From NCBI GenBank assembly GCA_965603825.1, contig CBFDEM010000052.1:434001-498000 (forward strand): a stretch of DNA of 64,000 nt. Direction: 5' to 3'. This DNA comes from Blepharisma stoltei ATCC 30299. Lineage: Eukaryota > Protista > Ciliophora. How positions within the stretch are numbered: position 1 is the stretch's first letter; each line of letters begins with the position of its first letter. Positions 35,533 to 48,366 of the stretch are shown in pieces. Below the pieces are notes generated by a model, which had not been told where the DNA came from, searched no databases, and was given only the letters and a program-made list of their open reading frames with translations. Made by a program: the position numbers and the translations under genes.

Positions 35533-35790
35533 TTATCTTAAACGCTTGACTGGGCTTGGTAAATATGGAGAGTAAAAGGCACCTTCAGCTCTTTCATTTT
35601 CAATGCATGCTTTAATATGAACCAAACTTAATACAGACCTTTCTTGTATGAAATCATTGAATTCTCTTCTACATTCGAAATCTATCACACTGTCGAAGCC
35701 CTGAAACGTTTTCTTAGCGTATCTAAAGAGAGAATATAAACTTCCGAATCCTCCAGCAATTAAGATTGCTTCTTTTATATGTGCTGACAT
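35533..35790 (-). CDS. Short protein with N-terminal hydrophobic segment, possibly a truncated gene
   Basis: 85-aa ATG..TAA ORF. The downstream sequence looks degenerate. Confidence 0.45.
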   Translation of the reverse strand: MSAHIKEAILIAGGFGSLYSLFRYAKKTFQGFDSVIDFECRREFNDFIQERSVLSLVHIKACIENERAEGAFYSPYLPSPVKRLR

Positions 35791-36164
35791 ATTTTATAAA
35801 CTTAAAGCTAAGAATCAATAAATCGGCAGCGTAGCTGGCTTATAGATTTCTTCATTATCTTCATGTCCCATTCAAGTTATTAAAAACTACTTTATATAAT
35901 CGTGTAAAAAAAGAAAATAGTTATTTATTTAAATTCTTTTTTCTATTAAGAAACAATACCAAAAATATACAATTTAGAATTTGCCATTAAAGTGGTAGGA
36001 CTAATTATTCCTTATAAAATAAATTTACTATTAGATAAGACACACAGAGCATTCCTTCGATTTTAATGAGAAGAAAAGGCTACGTATAAAAATTTCTTCA
36101 AGCTTTTAACCTGATAAAAATGGAATTGTGTAAGTATGGGACCAGAATAAATAAATTATAATCA

Positions 36165-37421
36165 ATGGGATGCGGAAAACCTGCAAAAACAGTTGATAGC
36201 ATACGTGCATCAGCTTCTCTTGAAAACGAAATTACCAAAAACCCAATTCCTGAAAAGAAAAAGAATAAAAATGCAGTTTCTTCTGAGGACACAAAATTTG
36301 GGACAGTTACATCTGATTATGAAAAATTCCAAGTAATTGAAAATTACCAAGATTATCAGATTCTTAAGGCTCGGCATATCTCTAGTGATCAAAGTAGGCT
36401 TATTAAGATGATCCCAAAAGAAAAACTTACCGAAAAATTTTTATTTAAAAATACTTCTAAAGAGCTGAGGGAGTCAAAAATATTAAACATGCTATCTCAC
36501 CCTAATATCCAAAAATGCCTAGGAGTTATAGAAGATAACACCCGTGTTGGCATCGTTTATGAATATCTTAAAGACATGGAGTCTTTACAATCACAGAATA
36601 AGATTTACAGCGAGCTAGAAACCTCCTATATCATGAGACAGCTATTTTCTTCTGTAGCTTATATTCACGCTAAAAAAGTGGTCCATAGGAATATAAATTT
36701 GAAAAATATTTATATCAATAGTGATAATTTATCAGTAAAACTATGCAATTTTGAAGACGCCTATATAAAAGGCCAAGAACCTCCTCTTGAATTTTCTGGA
36801 GAGCTGCCTTTTATTGCTCCTGATTTCAAAAGTAGCGGATATCATGAAAAAAGTGATGAATGGAACTGTGGAGTTGTAATGTATATGCTTTTAACTGGAG
36901 AATCTCCATTTAAAGATAAAAATGAAGAAGAAATCAAAGAGATAAAAGATATAGCAAGCTATTTAAAAGAATTAGAAAAATACAGCACTTTATCTCTTCA
37001 AGCTAGATATATAATCGAACAGCTGCTGAGTACTAATTTATTGACAAGAATATCAGCAGAAGCAGTAAAAAATTATCCATGAATGCAAAAAGGGTATAGA
37101 AGAAGTAAAACAAAAAGAAAAACAAATACACAGAAAGAGCTGAGTATCACGAATTCAAGCTTGTCAAAAGAAACTGACTCTCCAGGAAGACATCTATCTT
37201 ATTACCCAGAAAATAAAAGCCCAGATGACTCAAAATACCTTGACATGAACGAGCTTCATGATGAATTTATTGAGGATTATAATATGTTTTTGAAAAATTG
37301 GGTAAAAAGGCTTAAATATAAAGAGGGGAAAATTCCTAATAGTTATCAAGATTTTTGCGAAAAAGAGATGAAAAAATATGGAGAATTTATCCTTGATATT
37401 CAAGAAGATTCAGAAGCTTAA
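36165..37421 (+). CDS. CAMK/CDPK-like pseudokinase with MGC acylation motif
   Basis: LSHPNI, VVHRNINLKNI, VKLCNFED, FIAPD, KSDEWNCGVVMYMLLTGESPF, NYPW(TGA). Joined to ORF 37083-37421. Confidence 0.88.
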
Positions 37422-37455
37422 ATGATTTTTCTTGTAATTATATCTAATTAAATTA

Positions 37456-38898
37456 TTATTTAGGTGACCCTGGACTTGTAAGATTTCGAGGACTTTTCGG
37501 GTCAGAATAAGAAGAAAAGAAATCAGCGACCCCATCCCATCGCTCAGTTTTCTTTAAATTAGGTATCACATATTCTTCAAATCTACTTGGCAGACGTTGT
37601 GATTCTGGAGATTTGCTGCGGCTTAAACTTTTGCTGTATTATCATTACTCATTATTTTTTCTTCTCTTCAGTCTATCCTCTTTTATTGCAGGCTTATTTT
37701 TATCCCATTTTCCTCTGCTTGACAAAGGAGGATCATATGAGAAATCTTCAGTCTCAATAGTTTCTTTCGGACTATGAGTCACTGCAGTCGAAATTTGCTG
37801 GTTCAATAAAGCAAGCCTTGAGTTTTGTTTGTCTAAAACTGATAATAATTGTTGGCTTTCCCCAATAAGTTTTGAATATTCATCTTCATCTTTAAAAGAA
37901 GGTTCATATTTTTCAGCTAAAGAAGGGTAGTGGCTGCTTATTAAGGTATTAAAAGTTCTGTCAGTTTGGGTCTGAATAAATTTATCTGATATTTGTTTAT
38001 TCTGATCTAAAGATGCAGCTCTTGCTCGAGGAGAATTTATATAATAAGAATCACAGTCATAAAGAGTATTCGTGGCTTCTTCTTTCGATCTTTCTATCTT
38101 AGAAATCTTTGCATGATGAAAATTCCTTAAAGGGGAATTTTTTCTTATCCCATAATAATTTATCAAATCCACAATAAATTTCATCATTTTTAGCAGCACA
38201 TCAGGGAATTCTTGTTTTTCTATTGCCTCTCGTAATTTTTTAGAACAAGTTACTCTTGATTTAAACATAGTGTACACACTTGGAGAATGATGCACTTTTT
38301 CAATTATATAATTTACGTACTGCATAATTTTACCTAACACCCCTAATGATTCATCTTCAAATTTCCTTTCAGCTTCTTTTACATAATTACTGCTCACTAA
38401 TTCTTTTCTCAATGCTTGATTAGCAGCTTGCAACTGCTCCCATCCATTTACCTGCATTTTTAAAGCTTCTGTCAGCTCTCTGATCCTGCTTTCCTGTTCA
38501 TTTAGTATCTTGCTTTTCTCATGATTCATTTTTTTCAATTTTTTAAGTTCTTCTTGTAAAGCCTCACTTTTGACTTTTAATTCTTCAGTTAGTCTAATTG
38601 CTTTTCGCCCATTAATAATTTCTGCTTCAAAGCTTTGCAATCTTTCACGCAGATGTTTTTCTATGTAGTCTTTTTCTGAAAAACTGGTTTTTAAGGCTTC
38701 TCTGAGTGCGTCTCTTTCTTTTCGAAGTGATGATATTGCTTCAGTTGCTTTTGATAAGTCTTGTTTCATTAACTCAAATTTTGAGCTTTCGTGACTTTTG
38801 GAAGAATCGTATTTTCTATCGGTATAGCTATAAGACGATTCTATTAGATCGTCAGTTTGAAAAGGCATATGCAAATCGATATTGCGGCGATATGACAT
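37456..38898 (-). CDS. Coiled-coil hypothetical protein (1 micro-intron)
   Basis: The 417-aa ORF is extended through intron 37634-37648 to TAA at 37456. Confidence 0.8.
37634..37648 (-). other. 15-nt intron GTAATGATAATACAG
   Basis: Contains the apparent stops. Removal opens about 58 further codons. Confidence 0.88.
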
Positions 38899-38922
38899 TA
38901 ACTCTTAATTTATATTAACAAG

Positions 38923-41900
38923 CTAAAAGAAAGGCTCACCTAGCGCTTTGGCGAGGTCTGCAGCTGACTTTAAAGCTGCGTGGTTAATTTTCTTTTTGAA
39001 TGGGACGTCATTTTCCCGATACATGCGGGAAAGAGAAGGCAGTGAAGGGATTCTTCCTTTGCTACTTATTGTAGGAGCTTCAGTCCAATCCACGCTGCTG
39101 TTTTTTTGCTTTTTTCTTCTAGCTAGAGTTCCTTGTCTTTGCATTTTTGCAAGCTCTTTCTGCTTTTCTACCTTACTGACTTTATGAAGCAACAAGTCAA
39201 AAGTCATGAGCCCATTTTTTGCATTTTTTACAGTATATTGTTTGGTTATATCTTCTTTTTTCTTTGTTGCTAGTGCAGCTACTCTTGGGCTTGTTATGCT
39301 AAATTGATGATTCCCATGATCATAGTCAAAATCGCTGCTAAGTTTCACTGCATTTTGTGGAGTTATGAAGTTCCTCGCTTCTTCATAAACCCTCGGATCT
39401 TCAAAAGTTACTTGTCCTACCACTTTTTCTTTTTTTTGTAACTTTTCATAAATTTCTTTGAATTCTTCTTCATCTCTTTTAATAAATTTATTAACATCTA
39501 AATAAAAATGCCAAGGGACGTGGTGTTCCAGCTCTTTTTTAGAAAGGACTTTGTTTTTAATAGTCCCCATTCCTTGTTGCAAGCACCCAACTACCCTTCC
39601 ATCTTCAGCTGAAATAATTTTCGCAGTTTTATCATAGCTTGTAGTAATAATGGTCTCATTTTCTCTGATTAAAAATACATGTCTAATACACTCTGTATGA
39701 AGTTTTATTGAAAATAAGACTACAAGCGTATCATTAGGGATATCTGGGGCTGCCAATATAGATTTATTTACCAATGACATCATTTTGTTTTCCCTTCCAT
39801 CAGTAGATAATGGCTCGATATCAAGGATATCAATTATTCCTTTAAATGAGAGGGCTTGAAAATTTCCTCGGTCATCACCTGTAAATAGTATATGTTTAGG
39901 CAATAAATAAGAAATCCCTTGGACCACAGAAGTAATTCCATCAAGATCTCTATTTGTATAGGAAAATATTTTGAAATATTTATACGGTAGAGGGTGTAGT
40001 GCCCACAAGATAACTTCTCCAAGAGAATCACAAGCAATAATAAGCGGCATTCTATCAATAACTTGTATTACTGTGAGCTCTCCTTGATGCACCATTGGCT
40101 GGCCTGCATAAGTTGCGTCTTCAGTATCCCAAATATGAATTACCCCTTCACTAGTCCCAATAATTAAAATTTCTAAATAATACGCAAACTTGATAACTGG
40201 TATTACGCACCCTAAGTTATCAATAGTTTGCAGCACAACTGAGTCGCTTAATGATTTGTCTTCATGTATCACAATTGTCATATCTAATGATCCAGTCGCT
40301 ATATATTGAGCTTTTTCTGAGCTCGCTATACAGTTGACTTCTCCTTTGTGGTCTGTGAGCTGCTTCATTAATGCACCGTTTTTTATATTGTATACACTTG
40401 TGTGGCCTTTTATATCCCCAATAAAAACTCTTTTTTCTCACCCATCAATTTCTACACAAGAGATTTCGCTTTCGGCTGATGCTGCGTACATGTTTTCAGG
40501 CTTTCCTGTGAAGGCGTTCCAAACTTTGACTTTATTTGTGATAGGGGTAATAAATTTGTAGTAGTTTGGGGTGTAAAATGAAGCTAGAGGCATACCGTCG
40601 TCCACGAAATTTGGGTTTAGATTTTTATCATAGTCATAAAAAGCGAGTCCTTTCCCACCGAAAACGATCCTTTCTTGTTTTTTTAGGAAGGTAAAATCTG
40701 ATAAAGAAAAACGGGTGCCTGACTGTTTTTCTTCTAAATTAAAAGTTTGTACACAGCTGAGGTTTCGAATATCCCATACCTTTACCCAGCCATCTATATC
40801 AGCAGATATCACCTGTGGACTGTCTGGCAAAACTTTAACTCCTACTAATGAAGAATTGTGGCCTTCTATTTTAAATGCAACAGTGTCTATATATGGATTT
40901 CATACATAAATATCATGATCAAAACCAGCTGAAAACAATAGTCGATATTCAGAATTAAATGCAAGATTTAGCACACCTTTTGTATGGCTCCCATAAATCC
41001 TTCGAGGTGTTGCAGAAATCATATCTCAAAGAATCACTCTGCGGTCTTGTGAGCAAGAAAACAAAAATTCAAGCTTGGGGACTGCTATTAAGTCTGTGAC
41101 CATATCTTCATGGCCTTCTTTTAACACTTTTATAGGCTCATTTCTCTTTTTTTCTTCAAAATTTCATATGTTTATAGCCCCGGTATTGTCTCCGGAATAT
41201 AAAATTCCGTGGCTGCTGTTTCAGGCCATGCTTCTTTGGGGACTTTTTGCATAAAGAATTGGGTATCCGCCCTTATAGTTGAGGGAATGAAAATTGGACC
41301 CATTTGAACACCAAGTCCTGATGGTTCCATCATTGCAGCTTGTAAGTAAAAATTGGTATTCTGGCTCAGGTAAAAAAATGGCGTTATGGACTATAGCTTT
41401 TTTAGGTCCTCTATATGGTATACCGTCCTTTTCTCCACCTATATATTGTGATTCTTCATTTTTTACCTGTAAATCTCTGCCCATTACTTGTCCTGTCTCT
41501 GGGTGGTAAAATTTCACGATATTTGAATAATCTTCAATTACTCCAATTCTGTCTAAAGCTTCTAGGTTTATTAACTTTTCAATAATTCCTTCAGAGTTGT
41601 AAGCAGGCTTTACAGAACTTAAAGAGTAGTTTTTTATGGAATCGACCCTTGTTTTTTTCATTGCATTCAGTGTTGTAGCTTTTTCTATTATGTAATTCGT
41701 AAATTCATCCCAATCTAATCTACCGTTTCCATTCATATCAATATCTCTTGAAAGTTGCAATAGTAGCTTTACTATAACTTTATCTCTGTTTTGTAAAGTC
41801 GGTTTTCAGTGTTTTAAATAGTTTCTTATTATAACAACGAACTCTTCTAGTTTCAGCTCTCCATTTCTGCTCTCAAATTCTATTTTTAAAGAACTTATAG

Positions 41901-42021
41901 TAAAAGGATCAAAATTCATAGTCAGGTCTAGCAAAAGCTCTTCCTCGATTTCGAGTTTGTTTGAATAAGAAGTGCGTGGTGTGAGAGGTTCTGGACCTTT
42001 ATGGGAGATTCGTTTTGACAT
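38923..42021 (-). CDS. EF-hand + WD40 protein (WDR49/EFCAB8-like, probably ciliary; ~1032 aa)
   Basis: DIDMNGNGRLDWDEFTNYI, FSAGFDHDIYVW(TGA)NPY, VISADIDGWVKVWDIR. Four ORF pieces lie in one frame and end at TAG. Confidence 0.88.
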
Positions 42022-42262
42022 TTAAAAAAATCAAATTTAAGATGGATTTTTCTTGGATTTAAGAGATGCATTGTTATATTAGGCGATTTTTGACAAATAT
42101 TCGCCTTTTTAAAATAACCTGTTTTAGGTTTTTTTTGGACACCTATTTTGGGGATCGCAAAAAGTTGTGAAGTAATTCAAAAAACGGCAAAATTTTCAAA
42201 AAAGCGGTCCTTTTTTTAAGTATGCTAAAATTTATTATCCATTGATTATATACTAATTATTT

Positions 42263-43153
42263 TTATTCCTTAAATCTCTTGCAAGGACTCTCAAGTTGTG
42301 AGTCTGTAGCAACCTTTCTTTTCAAATTTTGGCTTTGAAATGGCAAAGAATCTTGAGAAAACACAACCTCAATTGCATTTGCCAAATTTCTCGAAACTTC
42401 GACTGATTGAGAAAACTCTTCTGTTTTATTGATTTTGTCAGAAAGATTTATCTTCAATAGCTCCATATCTCTATCATTATACTTTGTCCTTGTCAAGCAT
42501 CTCTTTTTCTCAGAATGAGACCATATTGATTGCTGAGACGATAATATAAATCCACGGTTTAGCTCAGACGACGAATTTTCTACTTCATTAATAATAGACA
42601 GATCTTTAGAATTTCATTGAGAATTAGCCAAATCATTAATTTGAGGAGTCTGTGATGGCGTGATATATATAGATTTCTGTGATATTGTGGAATATTCCCC
42701 AAAATGCAGCTCAACCTTGGCTGGTGTGTTGATAATTTCAAGCGAATTTTCTGATAATTCTTGCAGGGGAGATTCAGCTATAGTCGATAACGAGCTTTTT
42801 GGGTGAATATTTTGCTTTTGAGCACTATCAGGGAGCTTTCAAAACTGAGATTTAAATAATGTTTGGCTTGATGATTTTCTTGATTTTTTTGCACTAGAGA
42901 GGTCTTGGCTTAATTTTTGTTTATTTATGTTCTCAGGTTTCAAAGAAGAACTGCACGTAGAAGCAGAAGGCATTAGGTCTATAAAGCTTGATTTTTGGCA
43001 ATCGCTCGTTATGTATAAAGACTGGCTTAGGCTTCTTGATACAGTCAGAGAAGAGTCTGAGTTTTCTTTATTTTCGTCAAGCTGCTTATTTACTTTTAAA
43101 TCTGTCACAGGAGAGTTGTGGCGACGTGAGATTTCAGTTTGTATCACTTCCAT
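42263..43153 (-). CDS. Ser-rich hypothetical protein (~296 aa)
   Basis: Single frame read through TGA at 42839 and 42614 to TAA. Contains a KEN motif and SP/TP sites. Confidence 0.75.
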
Positions 43154-43281
43154 TATTTGAATTTAAAATAGATTAATTTGCATTTTTAATTTAAAGTTAT
43201 CGAAAATGGCTATTTAAATATTTATTAAAAATAGTTAATTAAAATTATATTCAGAAAATTACTTAATACATTAGCCATAAT

Positions 43282-44523
43282 TTACATCATGCCCTCATCC
43301 TGTGAATAATTTGAAGATGGTGCAGTTGATTTCTTGGAAAAAGGTGAAGAAAACTCAGAGTCTGGGAATACTGACTTCGAGGAATTTTTAGGTGATAATA
43401 TTACAGTCTTTACTAAAGTCGGGTACATAGTAAAAAAGAATGGATGTCTCAGCGCTTCTTGTGCTGTGATTCGTTTATTCGGCTCAAGTTGCAGCATTTT
43501 ATCAATTAAGTCAATGAAATATTGATTACTTATATAGTCCTCCTGTCATATCCCGTATTTTTCTATAAACTCTCCAATTGACTTTGGTTTCGAACTTTTC
43601 GGCTTATAAGGCTCCAGCATTGTAATTTTTTCCCCGATATTAAAATACTGGGCTGCCTTTTGGCTGTTTCTGATCATATTTTTATTAGGGAATCCCCTCA
43701 AATTCACAATCCTCTGCATTTGGTCATAACTATTACAGCCCGGGAATAATGGTCTTCCAGTATGCATTTCTATCAAAATGCAGCCTAAGCTCCACATGTC
43801 AATTTGATTATTATAAGGGAGTCCCAATAGCACCTCAGGGGCTCTGTAATACCTGCTTTGTGCACATTTAAACTGAGCTTCTGCGCCTTTATAAGAACTT
43901 CCAAAGTCAATAATTTTTATTCCAGCCTTGTCAACTGTTTTCAGCATAATATTTTCTGGTTTTAAATCACTATGTATAACTCGCATATTCGGAAGTGCTA
44001 GCAAGCTTAAGCCAGTTAGCAGCTGCCACGCGAAAATTCTAATTGTCTCAAGAGGGAAGCCTTGGAAATTAGTTTCTTTTAAAAGCTGGTAGAAGTCTTT
44101 GGCTAAATACTCAAACACGATACATGTGACACCTCTTCAAATAAAAGTGTCCAGCATTTTTACAAAAAAACCTTCTTCTTGGTCTACTTCTCTTAAAAAA
44201 CCAAGAATTTCAATTTCACTTTTGGCTTGGGACTGGAATAGAGGCTCATTTCGGATAATTTTGATGGCGACTGCTTGTTTGGTAGAATAATCGAGTGCTT
44301 TGACGACTTTTCCGAATGCGCCTTTGCCAATTGAGCATATAACTTCATATCGCCCATTGTTGAGCAAGGTACCCTTTTCTATCTTCCCTTTTGAAAGTAA
44401 GGTATCATCAAGATCGCTTGGAATTGATGCGAAATCTTTGCTCTGATCATTTTGAGATAAAGCTAGAGAAGAGAGCGCATCACAAAGAGAAGAGCTTGTT
44501 GAAGTGAGTGAGTCGGAATCCAT
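43282..44523 (-). CDS. DYRK/Yak1-family protein kinase
   Basis: IGKGAFGKV, VAIKII, HSDLKPENI, IIDFGSS, QSRYYRAPEVLLGLPY, DMWSLGC. Three pieces joined by TGA. Confidence 0.93.
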
Positions 44524-45523
44524 TTTTTATTGGACTGAAAGAATACTCCAGATTGCGAAGAAGAAAAACAAAAGAAATAAATTGTAGTTTTAATACAAAG
44601 GGGTAAAAGAAAAACTAAGCAAAAAAAGAGACTTTTGGGGAAACGATTTGCAAAAAGGAAATTATATGGAGGGAAATGGTTATAAAATAGGCAGGATTTA
44701 GAAAAGGTCTCAAAAATAGTTATAGGAAGATGGGCGTGAACTTTAATTATAGAAAAAGAAATGTAGATCGGTATCATATATAAAAAGAATTTAGGGCTAG
44801 TAAATTTAGTTATTGGGTTATTTGTGATGATATCGTCATTATTTAAGTTATAACTAATAATCATGATAAATTTATTTTAAGTATAAAATAAGATTAATTA
44901 TTAATTCAAAAAATATAATTTGCGTTCATAGAACAATTAATCTATTAGGATTGTGACTGTGAGAGTTTTTATCATATGAATATATGCACACAAATTAATT
45001 TACTTTTATTTCTGATTTACTAAATTCTGCTTTTTAATTAAAAAATTTATAACAGAAAGAAACATTTTCATAGAAATCCCGCACATACTAGAAAATTCCT
45101 ATTAGAATTGGTGCGCTTATATAAATTGTTAATAAAATACATTGAGTTTAATATCAAAAAATTCCCCTAATATTTGCTCAAAAATTTATATACAAAAACA
45201 ATTAAAAATAAGAAGTCAGCTTAAATATCAGAAATGTTTTAATCTGTTTTTACAATATCTATGGCTATTTATGCTGTGATCGAAAGATAAGCATCAAGAT
45301 CAAACTATATCAGCCTTAAGCTTTATTGTTTTATTTTATATATTTCTTATAAAAACCTGATTTTAAATATCGGGATATCTCCTCAATAAATATAATTTTA
45401 ATTTTTTAGCATTAAATCTCAATATTATTTATTTTTTAGCTTTTTGACTTCATACACCAGAATGGAGGAGAAATCAAGCATGTCAGAGATAAAAAGAGTT
45501 TTAATAAATCCTAAATCAGTAAT

Positions 45524-46798
45524 ATGCAAGTTCATAACACTCCAAAATACTTTTCTTTAGGCCTCAAAAACAAACCACAAAAATTATCTAAGCTTACAAT
45601 TGAATTACCTGAAACAGACGATTCTTTGCCCGAATCTCCAAAAGTTCAAAGCTGCAAAGTGTCCAAGAGATCCCCTTCTCATAGACTTATTGGCTTTTCA
45701 AGGCCTAAAGCCATGAGCAAAACACCAAAAAGTTCTCATCCTCCCTCTGCTAAGGCAAAAATTAGCCATTCTACAAGCAGTACACCTATAGGTACATTAA
45801 AATCATTTCGATTCCCAGCAACAACAAGAAATGCCGATCTCAACAAAACCCCTCTTCCAATAAAGTCCGTATCAGCTAAAAATTTGCTGAAACCCAGAAT
45901 CAACTTAATAAAAAAGAAACTAAAGCCCCGACTTATCAGCAGCTCGACATTTAAAAAAATGTCTCAAGGTCTCAACAAAACTCAGAAAACTGAAAAAGTC
46001 CCTGAAACAGGCTCGTCTCCAAATTTAAGCAGCGTTATCACACAACTTAAATCAAGCCAGCCATATGAAGCTAACCAATCCGATGAAGACGAAATTGAAA
46101 TAACCAATGAATTATGATACAAAGAGCACTTATTCAATACATTTCAAGGCCTCCATTTAGTTCAAATGTTCCCTCCTGCAGATTTAAAGATGATTAAAGA
46201 AAAACAACTGATAATCCCTCGAAGAAAAGGCTATGAAACCACAAAAACAGTCATTTTTGACTTAGACGAGACCTTAGTCCACTGTAGTGACAATTTTGAA
46301 AATTCTGATGCTATTTTGCCTATTACTTTGCCGTCTGGCGAGTCTATAGATATCGGCATTAATATTCGACCTTATGCTATAGAATGTTTAAAAGCTGCTA
46401 ATAAGCACTCAGAAATATTTGTGTTTACTGCCTCACATCGCTGCTATGCTGATGTCGTTTTAGACTTTTTAGACCCCAATAACGAACTAATTCACCACCG
46501 ATTTTACAGAGAAAATTGTCTTGAGGTCGGAAAAGCACTAATAAAAGACCTTAGGATTTTTAATAGGAAATTAAAAGACACAGTCATAGTTGACAACTCA
46601 GTCTACGCTTTTGGGTATCAGCTTGATAATGGAATCCCTATAATTTCTTGACACAACAATAAGCATGATAAAGAACTTTTCAATTTAATTGACTATTTAG
46701 AAGCATTATCTAAGGTAGAAGATGTCAGAGCTGTAAATAGGCACGTGTTTCATCTTCGCACTTTTTACGAGGATTATATAAAAGAGTATAACTTATAA
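45524..46798 (+). CDS. CTD small phosphatase-like (FCP1/SCP, NIF domain)
   Basis: VIFDLDETLVHC (DxDxT), IRPY, VFTAS, KDLR, IVDNS, NGIPIISW(TGA). Ends at TAA 46796. Confidence 0.93.
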
Positions 46799-46814
46799 TT
46801 ACATCAAAAATGCA

Positions 46815-47663
46815 CTAGTTAATTAACCTTCTACCGATTTTTTGTGTACCTAATGGAATATTTGTAATTTCTTGTAAAATTATGTTGGAAAATTTCTTGG
46901 ATAAATTTTGCACTGGACTTGGGGTGGAATCTTGAGGCGTTTTGCCTTCAGATTTTGCAGACTTGTCAGAGGAGATTTTTCGCTCGTCTGAGTTTTGGCT
47001 TTTGGCTGAGAATTTAAAATACTCATTGACTTTTGTTTTTCTAGATATTGGTGTGTAGTAATTATCGCTTTGTGTTTTTAATCTTTCACATCTTTTATAG
47101 TGAATTTGCCTTTCTTGCACTTTTTGCATATAGTAATCGGAATTATTTTTATAAACTTTTTCAAACCCATCTTTCCTTTTAACATACAAATCTTCGCCTA
47201 TCCTATCATTTTTTTTCTTTTTTCCTGAAGAATTTCTGACAAAATCAATGACTTCTCCAACAACGTAGCCCATTTCTTCTTCAAAAAGCTCAGCTAGTTT
47301 GACTGGGGTTGTGCGAGGCGATTTTTGGACGTAAAATTTGAAGATTAAGCCATTATTGGTATATAGAGGAGACAGAAAAGGGATATCAAGGCAGGCTGAA
47401 ATTAATTGAGAGGTAGAGTAGTTTGAAAGATGCTCTTTGCTGGTTAGGTAGGAAAGAGGCATAAATGAGGAGGATTGAAGGGAGGGGTCCATTTGGATTA
47501 CTTGCTGAATAAGAGCTGTGAGGAAACTGCTAGGCTGAGGGTAGAGAACTAGGTAAGGATTACTGTGAAAATTGTCAAGAGTGACATCAGAAATAATTTC
47601 TGTTTGGAGGTTTGAAGAAGTTGTTGGGACAAATATAAAGGGTGAGATTTCCATTATCTCCAT
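46815..47663 (-). CDS. Hypothetical protein
   Basis: Long ORF ending at TAG. The first in-frame ATG is at 47663 (the track start is TTG), so the start is uncertain. Confidence 0.7.
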   Translation of the reverse strand: MEIMEISPFIFVPTTSSNLQTEIISDVTLDNFHSNPYLVLYPQPSSFLTALIQQVIQMDPSLQSSSFMPLSYLTSKEHLSNYSTSQLISACLDIPFLSPLYTNNGLIFKFYVQKSPRTTPVKLAELFEEEMGYVVGEVIDFVRNSSGKKKKNDRIGEDLYVKRKDGFEKVYKNNSDYYMQKVQERQIHYKRCERLKTQSDNYYTPISRKTKVNEYFKFSAKSQNSDERKISSDKSAKSEGKTPQDSTPSPVQNLSKKFSNIILQEITNIPLGTQKIGRRLIN

Positions 47664-47775
47664 TTTGCTATTAACATATAAGGGGATATGATGTCTTCTA
47701 ATTATTATGCTATCTGCCAATAATAGTTCATATTAGAATTTATATATGAAAGACTCATAATAATTAGTGGCGAAA

Positions 47776-48069
47776 ATGGTGAAGATGCCGAAAACCATTA
47801 GGACATATTGTCCTAAGCTGAAGACCCACACAGTCCACAAAGTCACCCAATACAAGAAAGGGAAAGAATCCAGCTTAGCTCAAGGCAGAAGAAGATACGA
47901 TGCCAAGCAAAAAGGTTACGGTGGTCAGACCAAGCCTATTTTCAGAAAGAAAGCCAAAACTACAAAGAAAGTCGTTCTCAGACTTGAGTGCACCAAATCA
48001 AAAGTCAGAAGGCTAAAAGTTATCAAGAGATGCAAGACTTTCATAATCGAGGAAAAGAAAAAGAAATAA
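47776..48069 (+). CDS. RPL36A: 60S ribosomal protein eL42 (L36a/L44)
   Basis: [53 protein letters not shown] at 47776. Confidence 0.98.
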   Translation: MVKMPKTIRTYCPKLKTHTVHKVTQYKKGKESSLAQGRRRYDAKQKGYGGQTKPIFRKKAKTTKKVVLRLECTKSKVRRLKVIKRCKTFIIEEKKKK

Positions 48070-48366
48070 TAAGTAACTAACACTTATAGACAAACATCAT
48101 TAGTTTATCATTATATGAGAAAAGTGGATTCTTTAATATAGCTGCTTTATTTGACTTAAGAATAAGAATTTTGACAGACGAATACACATTAGTTTTGATA
48201 TTTAAATTAATGATTGGGATTTTTGAGAATGATTGAAAATTCGCAGTTTATAATAAACTAATTATGTTTATTACATATGCTTATGATGATTCCTTTAATA
48301 TTTCTGTGAAATCGATCTTAATGCTTATTTAAATTAATTATCTTAATAAAAATTGATTATAGTTGA

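Noticed and set aside
44463-44864. 133-aa Phe/Ile-rich ORF upstream of the DYRK gene
   Set aside because: Translation of a low-complexity pyrimidine-rich leader or promoter.
15433-45084. Shared 11-mer AAATCCCGCAC in two upstream regions
   Set aside because: An 11-mer match between two sites in 64 kb can easily arise by chance, and the positions relative to the ATG differ.
45462-45560. Upstream out-of-frame ATG ORF overlapping the phosphatase start
   Set aside because: No 15/16-nt intron connects it to the main frame, and there is no evidence it is transcribed.
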